DNA of 64,000 nt from Kiritimatiellia bacterium (lineage in GTDB: Bacteria > Verrucomicrobiota > Kiritimatiellia > RFP12 > UBA1067): assembly GCA_045656225.1 (NCBI GenBank), contig JAZOQU010000001.1, positions 19,466 to 83,465 of the forward strand, written 5' to 3'. Numbering within the stretch: position 1 is the stretch's first letter; each line of letters starts with the position of its first letter. Of the stretch, positions 61,832-64,000 are shown piece after piece. Below the pieces are notes generated by a model, which was not told the origin of the DNA, ran no database searches, and saw nothing but the letters and a program-made list of their open reading frames with translations. The position numbers and the translations under genes were made by a program.

Positions 61832-63355
61832 ATGAAGCTCAACAGAAGAAACTTTATTTTCGGTACTGCCGCGGCTGCTGCGCTCGCAGGTTGCAATACA
61901 GCGAAGACAGGCGTTCGTCCTCTTAAGCCCGGCGAGAAGCGCAAAGCCGCTATGATCGGCTACGGAATTCAGATGCGTACTGTTCTTTTGAAGTCGTTCC
62001 TCAACCCCGCGTACGCTCCTAATGTCGAGGTCGTCGCCGTTTGCGATTGCGACAAGGTTCGTGCCAAGGCCGGCGCCGAGCAGGTAAACAAGGCTTACAA
62101 TAACAACAAGTGCAAGGTTGTTTACGATTTCCGTGAAGTTCTTCAGGATCCTTCGATTGAAATCGTCTGCATCGGTACGCCTGATCATTGGCATGCCTAT
62201 ATCGCTGTTGAGGCGATGAAGCACGGCAAGGATGTTTATTGCGAGAAGCCTCTTACATTCTCTATCGACGAGTCCAAGAAGGTTATCGCCGCCCAGAAGA
62301 AGTATGGCCGCATTTTCCAGACAGGTTCGATGCAGCGCAGCTGGCGCGAATTCCGCGACGCGGTTTCGCTCGTTCGCGGCGGTGTTATCGGCGATATCAA
62401 GTATGTAGACGCCAACTATGGCCGCGGCGGTCAGAAGCTCGGCGGACCTTCCCATCCTGTACGTTTCTGGGACGATCCGAAGAATGCCGCGACAGAAGGC
62501 AAACCCAATCCCGACGTCGATTGGAAGATGTGGCTCGGCCCCGCGAAGATGCGCCCTTATTCCGATCAGCTCGCTCCCCGCGGCGTAAACAATTTCTATC
62601 CGATGTTCTGGCGCTTCGACGACGATATCGGCTCGGGGTATAACGGCGACTGGGGCGCCCACCACCTCGACATCGCCCAGTGGGGTCTCGATATGGACAA
62701 CTCCGGCCCCTACAAGATCATCCCCTCGAATGAGCCTTACTCCACCGACCTTTATCACGGCGGCCGCCGTCAGTTCGGTATGAAGATGCTCTTCAAGAAG
62801 CCTTACGGCGATGTCGAGCTTTATCACGGAGCTTTCAATGTCTGGGGTACCGTCTTCTACGGCACTAACGGTATCGTCGCCATCAACCGCGGCAAGATCG
62901 CCGTTTGGGTCGGTTTCGACGCTACAGCGAAAAAGCCCGATGCCGCCATCCGCAAGGGTATTGAAGACGTCTCGTACATGAAGGACAAGATTGTCGTCGA
63001 GTCCGTCGGTAAGGACTACGGCACCGCGGCGACCGCCAAGAAGGATAACAAGCTTGCCAAGGCTCTCGACAAGATCGAGGAAGTTTACGCAAAGGAAATT
63101 CGCAAGGCCGATCTTTACAAGAGCGCCAACCACATTCAGAACTTCTGCGAGTGCGTCGAGTCGCGCGAGCAGACGATCACGCCCGCCGAAGTCGGCGGTC
63201 GCAGCTGCACGCTCTGCCTCCTGTGCAACATGAGCTATCAGTACGATTGCGGCTTCGATTGGGATCCTAAGGCGATGGACTTCGCCAACGGCACGGGCGT
63301 CGGAATGACGCTCAAGCGCGAAGGCGATTGCAACGGCTGGAAGGTCGAGGTCTGA
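61832..63355 (+). CDS. Gfo/Idh/MocA-family oxidoreductase with twin-arginine (Tat) signal
   Basis: An AAAGGAAA-type Shine-Dalgarno sequence is present. The Tat-like N-terminus is MKLNRRNFIFGTAAAAALAGC. A Rossmann region and the motif CEKPLT are present. Confidence 0.8.
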   Translation: MKLNRRNFIFGTAAAAALAGCNTAKTGVRPLKPGEKRKAAMIGYGIQMRTVLLKSFLNPAYAPNVEVVAVCDCDKVRAKAGAEQVNKAYNNNKCKVVYDFREVLQDPSIEIVCIGTPDHWHAYIAVEAMKHGKDVYCEKPLTFSIDESKKVIAAQKKYGRIFQTGSMQRSWREFRDAVSLVRGGVIGDIKYVDANYGRGGQKLGGPSHPVRFWDDPKNAATEGKPNPDVDWKMWLGPAKMRPYSDQLAPRGVNNFYPMFWRFDDDIGSGYNGDWGAHHLDIAQWGLDMDNSGPYKIIPSNEPYSTDLYHGGRRQFGMKMLFKKPYGDVELYHGAFNVWGTVFYGTNGIVAINRGKIAVWVGFDATAKKPDAAIRKGIEDVSYMKDKIVVESVGKDYGTAATAKKDNKLAKALDKIEEVYAKEIRKADLYKSANHIQNFCECVESREQTITPAEVGGRSCTLCLLCNMSYQYDCGFDWDPKAMDFANGTGVGMTLKREGDCNGWKVEV

Positions 63356-64000
63356 TGAAAGCTCCGGTAAGAGCGATTATTCTCGGTTACGGCATAAGGG
63401 GCCGCGCTTACGCGGCCTATGCCAAAACCCATCCTGAAGACTTCATCATCGCCGGTCTCGCCGATCCAGTCGCCGAGTTTCCGGACGATCCCGATATTCC
63501 TACATGGAAGCGTTGGGAGGATGCGCTCGAGTCTGATACTCCCGCCGACGCCGTGATTATCGCTCTTCCCGACCGTCTCCATCACGACGCCTGCGTGATG
63601 GCGCTCGAGAAGGGTTATCACGTGCTTCTCGAGAAGCCCATCGGCTGCACGTGGGACGAATGCATAGCGATCCGCAACGCCCAGATAAAGGCGCGCCGTC
63701 TCGTTTTGACTGGTTACGTCCTCCGTTTCGCGCCGTTCTATAAGAAGCTTCGCGAAGTGATCACTTCGGGCGTCATCGGCGACATTACGAGCGTTCATCA
63801 CCTGGCCGCGATTTCGTACGGCAAGGCGTCCCATGCCTACTGCCGCGGAAACTGGTCTGTCGAAGACAAGGGTACGGGCATGCTCGTTAATAAGTGCACC
63901 CATGACTTCGATCTTATCGAATGGTGGACGAAGGGTAAAAAGTGCACTAAGATATCGAGCTTCGGCTCGCTCTTCCATTGGCGGCCCGAGAATAAGCCGG
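63355..64000 (+). CDS. Gfo/Idh/MocA-family oxidoreductase, 3' end outside window (absent from ORF track)
   Basis: The ATG at 63355 overlaps the upstream TGA (TGATG). My hand translation is open to the window end: MKAPVRAIILGYGIRGRAYAAYAKTHPEDFIIAGLADP...ALEKGYHVLLEKPIGC...NKCTHDFDLIEWW. The listed minus-strand ORF 63238-63978 is its shadow. Confidence 0.8.
   Translation, partial: MKAPVRAIILGYGIRGRAYAAYAKTHPEDFIIAGLADPVAEFPDDPDIPTWKRWEDALESDTPADAVIIALPDRLHHDACVMALEKGYHVLLEKPIGCTWDECIAIRNAQIKARRLVLTGYVLRFAPFYKKLREVITSGVIGDITSVHHLAAISYGKASHAYCRGNWSVEDKGTGMLVNKCTHDFDLIEWWTKGKKCTKISSFGSLFHWRPENKP

Noticed and set aside
61817-63978. Minus-strand ORFs 61817-63133 (438 aa) and 63238-63978 (246 aa)
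   Set aside because: They are shadows of two + strand Gfo/Idh/MocA genes. The second + strand gene is missing from the ORF track only because it has no in-window stop.

Overview
This is a 64-kb, GC-rich bacterial chromosomal segment. All but one of about 42 called CDS lie on the + strand. I saw no rRNA, CRISPR array, transposase or integrase.

Left third (1-17 kb): glycan and amino-sugar utilisation genes. These are a NAGLU-like hydrolase cut by the window edge, a secreted protein with two GATase1-like modules, a serine hydrolase and a discoidin-domain protein. An XylR/AraC regulator sits divergent from an operon encoding MFS transporter, TIM-barrel protein, esterase, SIS protein, PfkB kinase, GH20-like hydrolase and a Gfo/Idh/MocA oxidoreductase.

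Middle (17-44 kb):
- An AAA-ATPase/PD-(D/E)XK gene bracketed by unusual heptamer-built palindromic repeat elements.
- An AT-rich locus with a small ORF and a secreted hypothetical protein.
- A UvrD/PcrA helicase with an RGG/YG tail, then NifU and a short DUF1846 protein.
- A V-type ATPase fragment carrying only subunits D, I and K.
- An envelope-glycosylation-like cluster: polytopic membrane protein, MBL hydrolase, lone ACP, MetY, then translationally coupled genes for a GT-C-like/TPR protein, a WP-repeat protein, a DPPR-synthase-like UbiA enzyme and FolC.
- GlgB, an XRE-cupin regulator, AccD/AccA and NanA.

Right third (44-64 kb), the headline: two tandem, lower-GC, paralogous giant genes (2664 and 1950 aa).
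- Each has its own poly-C-containing promoter region, a conserved leader of about 120 nt, a near-identical signal peptide and the same terminator.
- Each encodes an N-terminal Cys-X5-Arg phosphatase-like domain, beta-helix-type segments and tandem Ig-like pairs.
- They carry three copies (first gene) or one copy (second gene) of a roughly 300-aa polyglycine module, plus a shared C-terminal domain.
- I know of no characterised system with this architecture.

Downstream lie an esterase, tRNA-Pro(CGG), an M18 aminopeptidase and two Gfo/Idh/MocA oxidoreductases. The last one runs off the window and is absent from the ORF track.

A window-wide trait is extended -10 promoters (TGnTATAAT), several ending only 7-11 nt before the ATG, which suggests leaderless mRNAs.

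The gene content suggests a host-glycan-foraging member of the PVC group. That taxonomic guess is low-confidence inference. All family assignments rest on motif recognition by eye, not on searches.
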